Program-made: the position numbers and the translations under genes
The notes under the pieces: model-generated
Told to the model about the DNA's origin: nothing
Database searches by the model: none
What the model saw: the letters and a program-made list of their open reading frames with translations, nothing else
Shown here: positions 26,389 to 37,016 of the stretch, piece after piece
Layout: every line of letters begins with the position of its first letter
How positions within the stretch are numbered: position 1 is the stretch's first letter
Assembly (NCBI GenBank): GCA_965221905.1
Contig: OZ244922.1
Location: 2,368,001 to 2,432,000, forward strand
DNA length: 64,000 nt
Direction: 5' to 3'
Origin: Chloroflexota bacterium
Lineage (GTDB): Bacteria > Chloroflexota > UBA11872 > VXOZ01

Positions 26389-29082
26389 CTATCTATCGGC
26401 GGTTGCTTGGTTTTCGAGCGTTGCTTGCGCCGCGGCAAGACGAGCCACCGGAACGCGATACGGCGAGCATGAAACGTAGTCCAGCCCTGCCTCGTGGCAG
26501 AAGTGAATAGAACTGGGGTCGCCCCCATGCTCTCCACAAATGCCGACTTCAAGGTCAGGACGGGTCTTCTTGCCCTCTGAAACCGCGATTGAAACCAGGC
26601 GGCCTACGCCGTCGCGGTCAAGAACCTGGAATGGATTCTCCGGCAAAATGGCGTTCTCCACATAGTTTAGGAGAAACTTACCTTCAGCATCGTCGCGCGA
26701 GTACCCATACGTCGTTTGGGTCAAGTCATTGGTGCCGAAGCTAAAGAACTCCGCATGCACAGCCACTGCTGAGGCCGTAAGCGCGGCGCGCGGCACCTCG
26801 ATCATGGTGCCGAACTTGTAGGCCACGCTGCTTCCACGCTCTTGTTCGACGTTCTTCGCAATGCGTTGGAGTTGCTCCTGCAAGACACCGAGTTCATTCG
26901 CGTGGCTGACGAGCGGAATCATGATTTCAGGGTGGGGGTCGCCGCCTTCTTCCTTCATGGCAAGCGCCGCCTCCAAGATCGCGCGCACCTGCATCTCGTA
27001 AATCTCAGGATACTCGAGACCGAGCCGGCACCCGCGCAAGCCAAGCATTGGATTCGCTTCCCGCAACGAAGCGACTTTGTCTAAGAGCGCTTGCTGTTCC
27101 TTTAGGTGTTGTGGGTTCTCCCCCGTAGCCCGCAGGGTGGCGACTTCCTCCAGTAACTCAGCAAAGTCCGGCAGGAATTCATGTAGCGGCGGGTCGAGCA
27201 AGCGGATGACAACGGGCAGGCCTTCCATGGCGTGCAATATTCCTTTGAAGTCATCACGCTGGATTGGCAAGAGTTTGTCCAAGGCCGCCTGACGCTCGCT
27301 GGAACTGCTCGCCAAGATCATCTGCTGCACGATGGGCAAACGCTCCTCTTCAAAGAACATATGCTCCGTGCGGCACAAGCCTATGCCTTGTGCCCCGTAG
27401 CTGCGCGCGAGGGCGGCGTCACGAGGATAGTCCGCATTGGCCCAAACTTCGAGGCGTCGGACAGCGTCCGCCCAGCGCAGCAATTCACTCATCTCTTCTG
27501 TGATTTCGGGCTGGATCAGGGGCACTTGGCCCAAAATCACCTCGCCCGTACTGCCGTTGAGCGATATAAAGTCTCGTTTCTTGACGGTCACGCCGCCGGC
27601 AATGAAGTGTTCACTCTCCATATCGATTCGAATCTCATCGCAACCGGTAATGCAGGGCTTGCCCAGGCCGCGCGCAACGACAGCGGCATGGCTGGTAGCG
27701 CCCCCCCGTGCCGTCAGGATGCCTTGCGACGCAATCATGCCGTGCACGTCATCGGGGCTCGTCTCTGGCCGCACCAGAATCACGCTATGGCCTTGGCGCG
27801 CCACCGATTCCGCCTCATCCGGATCAAAGAACGCCATGCCCACCGCAGCCCCCGGCGAGGCGTTGAGACCCTTTGCAATGACACTCACCTCGGCCTCGGG
27901 ATCAATTCGTGGGTGGAGCAACTGATCGATTTGCTCCGGTTCTACCCGGGAAATAGCTTCATCTTTCGTAATAACGCCCTCGTTGAACATATCGACCGCG
28001 ATTCTTACGGCCGCGCTCGCCGTGCGCTTGCCCGTGCGCGTCTGGAGCATATAGAGCTTCCCGCGCTCGACGGTAAACTCCAAGTCCTGCATCTCCCGAT
28101 AGTGGGTTTCGAGCCGCTGGGCAATCTCAGCAAACTCGTCATAGATTCCCGGCCACACCTCTTGCAGTTTCGCAATTGGCAGCGGGGTGCGGACGCCGGC
28201 GACTACGTCTTCTCCCTGGGCATTTTCGAGAAACTCGCCAAAGAGCGTCGGATCGCCGGTTGATGGATTACGCGTAAAGGCGACACCGGTTCCGGAATCG
28301 CTGCCCATGTTGCCAAAGACCATTGCCTGCACGCTCACGGCCGTGCCGAGGGAATGGGGGATCCTATGGAAATTCCGGTAGTCGATGGCACGCCGATTGT
28401 TCCAAGAAGCAAAGACCGCCTCGATTGCGCCGCGCAACTGGTCTAATGGCGTCGCAGGAAAGACCCGATCGGCCTCACCCTCGACAATACCCTTGAAGCG
28501 TCGCACCGCTTCTTGGAGGTGTTCCACCGTAAGGTCCACATCTTGCTCGATGCCCGCCGATTCCTTGATGGCCTCCAACGCGTGCTCAAAACGATCCTTT
28601 TCGACTTCCAATACGACGTTTCCATACATTTGCACAAAGCGGCGGTATGAATCCCAGGCAAAGCGCTCATTCTGCGTATGCGCGATCACGCCCTCGATCG
28701 TTTCGTCATTGAGGCCTAGATTGAGGATAGTGTCCATCATGCCCGGCATGCTGAACTTCGCGCCGGAACGCACCGAGACCAGCAACGGATTCTCTACGTC
28801 CCCTAACCGCTTGCCGGACTTCCCTTCCAGCTCTTCGAGCGCCTCCAGCGTCTGTTCCCACATGCCGGTTGGAAACTGCTCACTCGACTCGTAGAACGCG
28901 TTGCAGGCTTCCGTAGTAACCACAAATCCAGGCGGCACCGGCAGACCGGCGCGTATCATCTCGGCACAATTCGCACCTTTGCCGCCAAGAAGGTCGCGCA
29001 TGGTCGCGTTACCGTCTTCGAATCGGTACACCCATTTCTTTTGTACATCCACTTGTTTCGCTGCGACTGCCTCTTTTGCCAT
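26389..29082 (-). CDS. ppdK: Pyruvate, phosphate dikinase
   Basis: LGGKGAN, SVRSGA, SMPGMMDT, GGATSHAAVVAR, GLCRTEHMF, SFGTNDL, GICGEHGG. Confidence 0.98.
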   Translation of the reverse strand: MAKEAVAAKQVDVQKKWVYRFEDGNATMRDLLGGKGANCAEMIRAGLPVPPGFVVTTEACNAFYESSEQFPTGMWEQTLEALEELEGKSGKRLGDVENPLLVSVRSGAKFSMPGMMDTILNLGLNDETIEGVIAHTQNERFAWDSYRRFVQMYGNVVLEVEKDRFEHALEAIKESAGIEQDVDLTVEHLQEAVRRFKGIVEGEADRVFPATPLDQLRGAIEAVFASWNNRRAIDYRNFHRIPHSLGTAVSVQAMVFGNMGSDSGTGVAFTRNPSTGDPTLFGEFLENAQGEDVVAGVRTPLPIAKLQEVWPGIYDEFAEIAQRLETHYREMQDLEFTVERGKLYMLQTRTGKRTASAAVRIAVDMFNEGVITKDEAISRVEPEQIDQLLHPRIDPEAEVSVIAKGLNASPGAAVGMAFFDPDEAESVARQGHSVILVRPETSPDDVHGMIASQGILTARGGATSHAAVVARGLGKPCITGCDEIRIDMESEHFIAGGVTVKKRDFISLNGSTGEVILGQVPLIQPEITEEMSELLRWADAVRRLEVWANADYPRDAALARSYGAQGIGLCRTEHMFFEEERLPIVQQMILASSSSERQAALDKLLPIQRDDFKGILHAMEGLPVVIRLLDPPLHEFLPDFAELLEEVATLRATGENPQHLKEQQALLDKVASLREANPMLGLRGCRLGLEYPEIYEMQVRAILEAALAMKEEGGDPHPEIMIPLVSHANELGVLQEQLQRIAKNVEQERGSSVAYKFGTMIEVPRAALTASAVAVHAEFFSFGTNDLTQTTYGYSRDDAEGKFLLNYVENAILPENPFQVLDRDGVGRLVSIAVSEGKKTRPDLEVGICGEHGGDPSSIHFCHEAGLDYVSCSPYRVPVARLAAAQATLENQATADR

Positions 29083-29168
29083 GCTCGCGCAAACCTCCAC
29101 GTACTTCTAAATTAAATCGGGGTGCGTACCTGTTGCATCGGTGCGTATGAACTGAGAATCCAAGGGGC

Positions 29169-29177
29169 ATTATAGCA
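29169..29177 (-). promoter_or_regulatory. Extended -10 promoter of ppdK
   Basis: TGCTATAAT on the minus strand, about 90 bp upstream of the start. Confidence 0.5.
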
Positions 29178-29579
29178 TGCATGCGCTCCCAGATTGTGGA
29201 GGACCTACCCCATCGGAAAGCCACGATTCCCAGCCCTCGCGGCTAAGCCATGCGCTAAAATCAATCACTGCCGAGTATTCGTTGTGACAACAAGCGCGTG
29301 ATCTCAGCACTCTAAAGGATGCCTTATTTATCATCTTAGACGCGGTTCAGCAGCATGTGGCCGTACCTCCAGGCTGCGGCAGAAAGCGCGTCAGAATTCA
29401 TCACTGAACGGGCTGCCACAGACTTTCCATGTCTAATATTCTGACCACGCTGTCGCTCATTTCCGCCACATGGTACGATTGGAGCATCGGAAACAGTGCA
29501 ACGTTTCCGGCTCTGTGCCTAGGGCTGCACGTAGCGGTCCTATTTTCCGCGAATCTTCTGCCGGCATCAGGAATCGACT

Positions 29580-30089
29580 GTGAGTGAAATCCTCCTTAGA
29601 GTCAGAATCAAACAAATAGTTTGGCCGCTCCTCGTAACGGCGTTGATCATCATCAGCGACCAGATTACGAAGGCTTTTATTATCGAGTGGCTCAAGCCCC
29701 AAGGCACCGTCTCCATAATCGGCGATCTGCTGCGGCTTACGTTTGTTACGAATAGCGGCGTTGCGTTCGGCATGCTCACGGGTATGCCTTATGTCCTCAC
29801 TATTCCCATCGTTATCCTGATTGGCGTGATCATGTACTATCTTGTCAAGACTTTGGGGCAGTCATTCTTGCTCACCTTGGCGCTGTCACTAGAGCTCGGC
29901 GGCGCGCTAGGAAACTTAATCGATCGAATCCGCCTGGGCTATGTGGTTGACTTTGTAAAGTTTCCGTATTGGCCGGCCTTCAACGTAGCGGACAGTTGCG
30001 TCGTCATCGGCGCCATCGGCCTCGCCTTTGTCCTGCTTTGGCAAGACCGCAAACCTCCAGCCGCAAGCCCTGAATCGTCGCATTCTTGA
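29580..30089 (+). CDS. lspA: Lipoprotein signal peptidase
   Basis: DQITK, NSGVAFG, GALGNLIDR, VVDF, FNVAD. Confidence 0.96.
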   Translation: MSEILLRVRIKQIVWPLLVTALIIISDQITKAFIIEWLKPQGTVSIIGDLLRLTFVTNSGVAFGMLTGMPYVLTIPIVILIGVIMYYLVKTLGQSFLLTLALSLELGGALGNLIDRIRLGYVVDFVKFPYWPAFNVADSCVVIGAIGLAFVLLWQDRKPPAASPESSHS

Positions 30090-30114
30090 TGCGACTGCCA
30101 GTACACCCCAAGTG

Positions 30115-31068
30115 ATGCCCACGATTCTTCTTACACCGACTCAAGGTGACGCGGGAAAGCGGCTCGACGTTTACATTGCCGGCGCCGAGCCGGATATCAG
30201 CCGCTCGCAAGTGAAACGACTAATGCAGGAGAGCCGCGTTCGCGTTTCAGGGCAACCGGTTGGGCCATCCACAAAAGTACATGCCGGCGTTGTGATTACG
30301 GTCACGATGCCTGACGCCACCGGCCCGATCCTAAAACCCGAACCGCTAAGTGTGCCGATTCTGCACAGTGACGCAGAGATCATTGTGGTTGATAAGCCGG
30401 CAGGATTGGTAGTCCACCCTGGCGCCGGAAAGCCCGGCCAAACTCTCGTCAACCAACTCATCAGCCGCTTTCCCGAGCTCTTGACCGTCGGCGATCCAGT
30501 TCGTCCGGGCGTCGTGCATCGGTTGGATAAAGACACCTCAGGCGCGCTGGTCGTCGCGCGCTCTACGGCTGCCTACGAGCACCTGGTAGCGCAATTTGCT
30601 GCGCGTAGCGTAGAGAAAACCTACCTTGCCCTAGTAGAGGGCGTCCCCACTGTCGAGCGCGGCGTGATCAATGCGCCGGTAGGACGCCTTCCAACGCGCC
30701 GCACCATGATGAGTGTTGTTAATTACGGCAAACCTGCCATCACTCACTTTGCCGTTCTTGAGTCGTTAGGTCGATATACACTCCTTCAAGTAACTCCAGA
30801 TACAGGGCGCACGCACCAGATTCGCGTACACTTGTCCGCAGCCGGATTACCCATTGCAGGTGACTTCCAATATGGCGGCAAAACTCCCTTTACCGGTCTC
30901 AACCGCATGTTCCTCCATGCATTTGCCCTTGGTTTCCTGCATCCGGCTACGCAAGAGAAAGTTAACTTCCGCGCACCCCTTGCCGACGACTTGGCACAGG
31001 CACTGCGCCGGTGCGGCAGCTCGTGGGTAAACAATCGGCAATTTGACCCTTCATTCGAAAGTCCCTAG
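30115..31068 (+). CDS. RluA/RluD family pseudouridine synthase
   Basis: S4-like RLD...SRS, DKPAGLVVHP, HRLDKDTSG, GRTHQIRVH. Confidence 0.95.
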   Translation: MPTILLTPTQGDAGKRLDVYIAGAEPDISRSQVKRLMQESRVRVSGQPVGPSTKVHAGVVITVTMPDATGPILKPEPLSVPILHSDAEIIVVDKPAGLVVHPGAGKPGQTLVNQLISRFPELLTVGDPVRPGVVHRLDKDTSGALVVARSTAAYEHLVAQFAARSVEKTYLALVEGVPTVERGVINAPVGRLPTRRTMMSVVNYGKPAITHFAVLESLGRYTLLQVTPDTGRTHQIRVHLSAAGLPIAGDFQYGGKTPFTGLNRMFLHAFALGFLHPATQEKVNFRAPLADDLAQALRRCGSSWVNNRQFDPSFESP

Positions 31069-31120
31069 GATTAGAAATCGCTAGGTGAATCGTCGCATCT
31101 CACCCAAGAATTGCTAGGTT

Positions 31121-32083
31121 ATGTACGCGCACATTACGGGTTGGGGGAAGGCGCTGCCTGAACAGCGCCTGACAAATGCCGACCTTGAGAAAATGGTGGA
31201 TACTGCGGGCGAGTGGATCGTAAGCCGCACCGGCATACGCGAACGACGCATTGTCTCTGCATCTGATACAACTGATTCGCTAGGCGCCGATGCTGCCAGG
31301 GAGGCGCTGGCGGCGGCCAACCTGAATGCTGAAGACGTGGACATGGTTATCGCAGCCAGTTGCACGCCGGAATCTCTGTTTCCCAGCATCGCCAATCGCA
31401 TTCAGGAACGGCTGGCCCTAAAGCGCGCCGCTGCGCTCGACTTAAATCAGGCGTGCGCCGGATTCATCCACGGGCTCGCCGTTGCGCAGGGATTCATCGT
31501 CTCCGGCCAATACCGGACCGTCCTCGTTATCGGCACGGAGGTGCTCACGCGCCACGTTGACTGGACTGATCGTACGACCTGTGTGCTGTTTGGCGACGCG
31601 GCTGGGGCTGTCGTGGTGCAAGCGTCAGACGAACCTGGGGGGCCTTTGGCCTTCGATCTGGGCTCAGACGGCTCAGGGGGTGACTTGCTGACACTGCCAA
31701 CCAATGGAAAGCTGTTCATGAACGGTCGCGAAGTGTATCGCTTTGCCGTTACCGCCATGACATCTTCGCTGGTTGCCGCCGTTGAAAAAGCCGGCATGAC
31801 GCTGGATCAGATTGATCTCCTCATTCCCCACCAGGCCAACATCCGAATCATTCAGTCCGCCGCCCAGACGCTCGCCTTTCCGCTAGAGAAGGTGTTCACC
31901 AATGTCGAAAAGTATGGCAATACCTCGGCGGCATCGATTCCGGTTGCGCTCTGTGAAGCCATCGAAGAGGGCCGAATTCAGCCCGGCGACGCGATAGCCA
32001 TGGTCGCATTCGGCGCCGGCCTTGCTTGGGGAGCAACGGTGATGCGTTGGACTAGTCCTGTTGCGCAGACCGTAGGCAAGTGA
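31121..32083 (+). CDS. fabH: 3-oxoacyl-ACP synthase III
   Basis: ACAGF, LFGDAAGA, MNGREVY, PHQAN, GNTSAAS, FGAG. Confidence 0.96.
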   Translation: MYAHITGWGKALPEQRLTNADLEKMVDTAGEWIVSRTGIRERRIVSASDTTDSLGADAAREALAAANLNAEDVDMVIAASCTPESLFPSIANRIQERLALKRAAALDLNQACAGFIHGLAVAQGFIVSGQYRTVLVIGTEVLTRHVDWTDRTTCVLFGDAAGAVVVQASDEPGGPLAFDLGSDGSGGDLLTLPTNGKLFMNGREVYRFAVTAMTSSLVAAVEKAGMTLDQIDLLIPHQANIRIIQSAAQTLAFPLEKVFTNVEKYGNTSAASIPVALCEAIEEGRIQPGDAIAMVAFGAGLAWGATVMRWTSPVAQTVGK

Positions 32084-32160
32084 CAGGAGACGTCCAGACT
32101 ACCTCTGAAATTGGGTCTGTGCGCAAACCCATTCCCCTTGATACCGAGCAAGCCAGAACC

Positions 32161-32718
32161 CTATCCGGGGCGTATCTCCCAGAAGTCTTTGCCGAGCGCA
32201 TCGTACGGCAAGCGGCGCTCGTCAGGGTCTTGGGCATCGAAATGCTGATTGACGAAGTAGAAGAGGAAGGTCTCCGTCGTCCCCACGTTAGCCGCGCCGT
32301 GGGCCACCCCGCGAGGGATGACCAAAAGCTGACTGCGACCGCGTCCCAAGACAAACCGCATCGTGTTACCTGCGGTCGGGGAAGTTTCCCGCACGTCCCA
32401 TAAGCCCACTACGAGATTCTGTGAAGGCGGCACAAACCAGAGGTCTTCCTGCTTGAAGTGGAGATGCCACGCCTTGATCGCCCCCGCAGCCATTAGGGAA
32501 CAGTTTACTTGCCGCACTTCGAAGCCTTCAAGACCCGCAAGCGCCCCATTCGCTAGACGGCCAAGCTCAGTGAACGAGCCGCCGTCTTCCACAAACGTCT
32601 GTAACGGCAGCATCTGCACACCATCGATCTGCGACTTAGCGCCGTACTCCTGACGTGAGACACTGTCCCTCACATCTTCCTGAATGTCACTCAAGCCGAT
32701 TGGCGCTTTTTCTGCCAT
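32161..32718 (-). CDS. dTDP-4-dehydrorhamnose 3,5-epimerase-like cupin
   Basis: EDGGSFTE, QVNCS, IKAWHLH, WDVR..SPT, IPRGVAHG. Confidence 0.85.
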   Translation of the reverse strand: MAEKAPIGLSDIQEDVRDSVSRQEYGAKSQIDGVQMLPLQTFVEDGGSFTELGRLANGALAGLEGFEVRQVNCSLMAAGAIKAWHLHFKQEDLWFVPPSQNLVVGLWDVRETSPTAGNTMRFVLGRGRSQLLVIPRGVAHGAANVGTTETFLFYFVNQHFDAQDPDERRLPYDALGKDFWEIRPG

Positions 32719-33001
32719 GCTTCTTTCTCTTGGAAATTGAGATGGAGTAAACCAATTACGGGATCGCCGGCGCGGCCGGGCCGCCAATGCAGTCCTTCAG
32801 TAAACCGGTGACCCCAAGCTTGTTACCGACATGCACCGTTGGCAACCTCATTGGTCTGATTGCCCCTTGGTATTGTGAATGATACGATGCCGTCTGGACG
32901 TTCCGCAACTTATCGTATCGATACTTTCCAGTCGCCGCTGCGGAAGACTTCCCTTCCCCTTAAAGGCAAACAAGCACTAGACTCGGACGTTGGATAGCTA
33001 A

Positions 33002-33524
33002 GTGTCAGCCAAGTCTCCGGACAACTCGGCAAGCCGACCGAACTTCCTCGTCATTACATCTGAGTTGGCCGGGGCACGTTACAGCGGTATCAACACACGA
33101 CTGCATAGTTAGCCTGCTCGATTTTGCCCCAACCATGCTCGACATTGCGGGCGTTCCTATTCCTGAAGGCCAAAAGCCGCCTCGTGCAGTTGGAACATGG
33201 GAATATCCTCCGTGGCCCGGACGGAGCTTGCTGCCAATCGCGACAGGCCGGGAGATCGGCACATCTGACACCGCTCTCGTCGAGGACGACCAGGATGATC
33301 TCGGTTTTCGGTTGCGGACACTCGTCACTCAGCGTTACCGTCTGACCGCATATTCAGGACAGAGCTACGGTGAGCTATTCGATTTGCAGGAAGACCCAGA
33401 CGAAGTACACAATCTCTGGGACCAACCGAGGCATGCAAGACTACGAGACGAACTGCGCATCGCCCTTTTGGATCGGATCATCTCTACCGACCACGCCCTG
33501 CCACCCCGCATGGGTATTTCATAA
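33002..33524 (+). pseudogene. Sulfatase pseudogene with a large internal deletion
   Basis: GTG-initiated N-terminus RPNFLVITS is joined out of frame at about 33063 to the C-terminal WPG...SLLDFAPTML...GRSL...ELFDLQEDPDEVHNL. Confidence 0.8.
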
Positions 33525-33706
33525 CGGGCTTCTTCTAGTACAAGCATCTCCGTCTGCACGTCTCATTCCGCCGGGACTCGCGATTTGCCGCATCTGCTAC
33601 CGGTTAGCAGCATACCGCTGGTCTTCGGCTGCAAGCCCCGTCCCAAAGCCAGCGCACGCATGTAGCGACATTGATCGCGGACTGCCCGCGTCGCCGCACC
33701 TCTCTG

Positions 33707-33735
33707 TTGACACAGGTGAGTGCAAGTGATAAACT
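33707..33735 (+). promoter_or_regulatory. str operon promoter
   Basis: TTGACA, 17 bp spacer, TAAACT upstream of rpsL. Confidence 0.75.
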
Positions 33736-33788
33736 CTATTTTTGCGTGTAATGTGGACTTAGAACTCTCGATTTGGCAGGTTCGAACA

Positions 33789-34247
33789 GTGCCTACAACC
33801 AATCAGCTCGTGCGAAAAGGGCGAAAGTCCAAGACGATAAAGGGCAAGTCTCCGGACTTACACTGGAACTATAATGCCCTAAGTAATCGGTCAGTTCGCA
33901 CAGATGGTTCGCCGCAGAAGCGCGGTGTCTGCATTTCAGTGCGCACACTCACGCCAAGGAAGCCGAATTCCGCCCTGCGGAAGGTGGCTCGTGTGCGGTT
34001 GACCAATGGCAGAGAAGTCACGGCATACATTCCAGGTGAGGGCCACAATTTACAGGAGCACTCGGTAGTACTCATCCGCGGAGGCCGCCTAAAGGACGTA
34101 CCCGGTGTTCGCTACCATATAGTGCGGGGTACATTGGACGCAGAAGGTGTCTACACGCACGCGGGTGCACCGCAGGAGCGCAATAAAGCGCGCTCCAAGT
34201 ACGGGACCAGACGTTCACGACCGGTGACGGGTGCTGGCGCCTCGTAG
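33789..34247 (+). CDS. rpsL: 30S ribosomal protein S12
   Basis: [29 protein letters not shown]. Confidence 0.98.
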   Translation: MPTTNQLVRKGRKSKTIKGKSPDLHWNYNALSNRSVRTDGSPQKRGVCISVRTLTPRKPNSALRKVARVRLTNGREVTAYIPGEGHNLQEHSVVLIRGGRLKDVPGVRYHIVRGTLDAEGVYTHAGAPQERNKARSKYGTRRSRPVTGAGAS

Positions 34248-34362
34248 GAGAGCGCCCGTTTTACAAGCTACGCGACGTCAAATTACTGTTTAGTTTCTTG
34301 CAGCAGTTGTTGGCCTCGAGATCGAAGCTGACAACGCTGCTGTGCGTAAAGGGCAATTGAGC

Positions 34363-34833
34363 ATGCCGCGGCGAGAAAGAGTTGTAAAGCGGAAAATTCC
34401 GCCGGACCCCAAGTTTCGCAGTGTCACTCTGCAGCAGTTCATCAATAAGCTGATGAAGTGCGGTAAGAAGAGCACCACCGAACGATTCGTCTATGGCGCA
34501 TTCGACATTATTGAATCGCGCACCGGCCGCTCCGGCTTGGACATTTTCGATCTTGCGGTGCGCAACGTGACGCCCATGGTCGAAGTGCGGCCGCGCCGGG
34601 TTGGCGGAGCCACCTACCAAGTGCCTATGGAGATACCAAGCGGCCGACGGCTCTCCTTGGCGCTGCGCTGGATCGTACGGTACTCCCGCGAGCGGCGGGG
34701 GCCAAGCATGGCAATAAAACTGGCAGAGGAACTAATCGACGCCGCTGACGGCCAGGGCGCTTCCATTCGGCGCCGAGACGAAACGCACCGTATGGCAGAG
34801 GCAAATAAGGCCTTCTCTCACTACCGGTGGTAA
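34363..34833 (+). CDS. rpsG: 30S ribosomal protein S7
   Basis: RRVGGATYQVP, HRMAEANKAF. Confidence 0.98.
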   Translation: MPRRERVVKRKIPPDPKFRSVTLQQFINKLMKCGKKSTTERFVYGAFDIIESRTGRSGLDIFDLAVRNVTPMVEVRPRRVGGATYQVPMEIPSGRRLSLALRWIVRYSRERRGPSMAIKLAEELIDAADGQGASIRRRDETHRMAEANKAFSHYRW

Positions 34834-34905
34834 GTTAGACAACAGTCACTGGAATAACAACATCGAGCAATACGTAAATCGGTTGAGGCACCCAGAATCT
34901 AGCAT

Positions 34906-36978
34906 ATGGAACGTCAATTCCCAATAGAAAAATACCGCAATATCGGCATCATTGCCCATATAGACGCCGGAAAGACCACCACGACCGAACGGGTGCTCTT
35001 CTACTCCGGCCGCATTCACCGCATGGGCGAAGTGCATGAAGGCACTACCGCCATGGACTTTATGGTCCAGGAGCGTGAGCGCGGCATCACGATTACGGCG
35101 GCCGCCACGACTTCGACGTGGCGCGACCATCGCATCAACATCATCGACACACCCGGACACGTTGATTTTACCGCTGAAGTTGAGCGCTCACTGCGTGTCC
35201 TCGATGGCGGTGTCGTTGTGTTCGACGCGGTATCGGGGGTAGAGGCGCAATCTGAGACCGTGTGGCGTCAGGCAGATCGGTACAAGGTTCCGCGCATTTG
35301 TTTCGTAAACAAGATGGATCGCATCGGCGCTGACTTTTGGAATTGCATTGAAATGATACGCGATCGCTTGAAAGCGCAGGCGGTGCCAATCCAAATGCCT
35401 ATTGGCGTTGAGGATTCTTTCATCGGTATGATCGACCTTTTCTCCATGAAGGCTGTTACCTTTTCGGACGAGCTTGGCGCGAAGCCCTCCATCATGGAAA
35501 TTCCGGATGAGCTACGCCCTGAGGCGGAGCAGCGCCGGCACGAGATGATAGAAGCCATTGCGGAGCATGATGAGGATCTACTTCTGAAGTACCTCAATGA
35601 CGATGAACTCTCCGTTGAGGAGTTGCAGGCTGCTCTCCGTCGGGCAACGTGCCGCGTAGCGCTCGTCCCAGTGTTGTGTGGCGCCGCGCTCCGCAATAAA
35701 GGGGTGCAACCTTTGCTTGACGCCGTAGTTAACTTCTTACCATCGCCAACTGAGGTGCCGTCTATTCAGGGACTGTCGCCCCATACCGGTTTGGAGGAAT
35801 CGCGGGCGTCTAGCGATAGCGCTCCCTTTGCAGCCCTGGCGTTCAAGGTTGTAACCGACCCATATAGCGGTCGGCTGGTTTACCTGCGCGTCTACTCCGG
35901 TACGGCGGAAGCCGGGATGCAGATGCTCAATGCGAGTCGCAACCGACGGGAGCGTCTCGGGCGTCTCCTCTTCATGCATGCGGACAAGCGGGAAGAGATA
36001 TCAGCCATTTTTGCCGGTGAGATTGTGGCCGCCGTCGGGCTTAAGGATACTTTTACGGGCGATACCCTCAGCCAGGTCAACGATCCAATCACATTCGAGA
36101 CAATCAAGTTCCCGGACCCTGTACTTCACATGGCCATTGAGCCTAATAGCCGCCTAGATGAAGATAAGTTAACTACGGCGCTCCGTCGCCTTTCCGATGA
36201 GGACCCCACGTTTCGTGCCGGTCAAGACCCTCAAACCGGTGAGACTATTATTGGGGGCATGGGCGAGTTGCACTTGGAAGTGATTTCCGATCGGCTGCTG
36301 CGAGAGTTTGGTGTCGAGGCATCGCTTGGAGCCCCCCAAGTTGCGTACAAAGAGACTGTCCAAAACTCTATCGAGCAGGAAGGTCGTTTCATTAGACAGA
36401 CCGGAGGCAGAGGCCAATACGGTCATGTTTGGCTGCGCATAGAGCCGCTTGAAAGCGGTACCGGTACTCAGATCGAGAACAAGGTCGTTGGTGGCACAAT
36501 TCCAAGGGAATATATCTCGGCTGTGCAAGCCGGCATCAGAGATAGTTTGCTCGCAGGTCCTCTCGGCTATCCGGTAGTTGACATTCGGGTTACTATGTTT
36601 GATGGTTCATCTCATCCGGTGGACTCATCTGAGCTAGCGTTCCACAATGCGGCGGTCTTGGCAATGCGCGAAGGGCTGGTAAAAGCAAGGCCAGTGACTC
36701 TCGAGCCGATAATGCAGGTGGAAGTAATGATCCCCGAGGAATTCCTTGGCGAGATCTCGGGTGCGCTTAATGCGCGGCGTGGGAGAATTGACGACATTCA
36801 GACACGGCTTGGAACCAAAGTTGTCCAGGCAAAAGTACCGCTCGCAACTATGTTTGGTTACGTAAGCAACTTGCGTTCCAGCACACAGGGGCGCGGCACG
36901 TATTCGATGCAATTTTCGCACTACCAAATAGTGCTCCGCAGCTCCAGCGAATTGGTCGCGAAAGCTGGCAGGAACTAG
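34906..36978 (+). CDS. fusA: Elongation factor G
   Basis: [29 protein letters not shown]. Confidence 0.98.
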   Translation: MERQFPIEKYRNIGIIAHIDAGKTTTTERVLFYSGRIHRMGEVHEGTTAMDFMVQERERGITITAAATTSTWRDHRINIIDTPGHVDFTAEVERSLRVLDGGVVVFDAVSGVEAQSETVWRQADRYKVPRICFVNKMDRIGADFWNCIEMIRDRLKAQAVPIQMPIGVEDSFIGMIDLFSMKAVTFSDELGAKPSIMEIPDELRPEAEQRRHEMIEAIAEHDEDLLLKYLNDDELSVEELQAALRRATCRVALVPVLCGAALRNKGVQPLLDAVVNFLPSPTEVPSIQGLSPHTGLEESRASSDSAPFAALAFKVVTDPYSGRLVYLRVYSGTAEAGMQMLNASRNRRERLGRLLFMHADKREEISAIFAGEIVAAVGLKDTFTGDTLSQVNDPITFETIKFPDPVLHMAIEPNSRLDEDKLTTALRRLSDEDPTFRAGQDPQTGETIIGGMGELHLEVISDRLLREFGVEASLGAPQVAYKETVQNSIEQEGRFIRQTGGRGQYGHVWLRIEPLESGTGTQIENKVVGGTIPREYISAVQAGIRDSLLAGPLGYPVVDIRVTMFDGSSHPVDSSELAFHNAAVLAMREGLVKARPVTLEPIMQVEVMIPEEFLGEISGALNARRGRIDDIQTRLGTKVVQAKVPLATMFGYVSNLRSSTQGRGTYSMQFSHYQIVLRSSSELVAKAGRN

Positions 36979-37016
36979 CTAATCTTCGGAATGAAGAGCA
37001 AGGAGAGAGCAAGAGG

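Noticed and set aside
27232-28263. 343-aa antisense ORF within ppdK, and similar ones over lig, GH15 and secY
   Set aside because: Typical GC-rich shadow frames opposite well-supported genes
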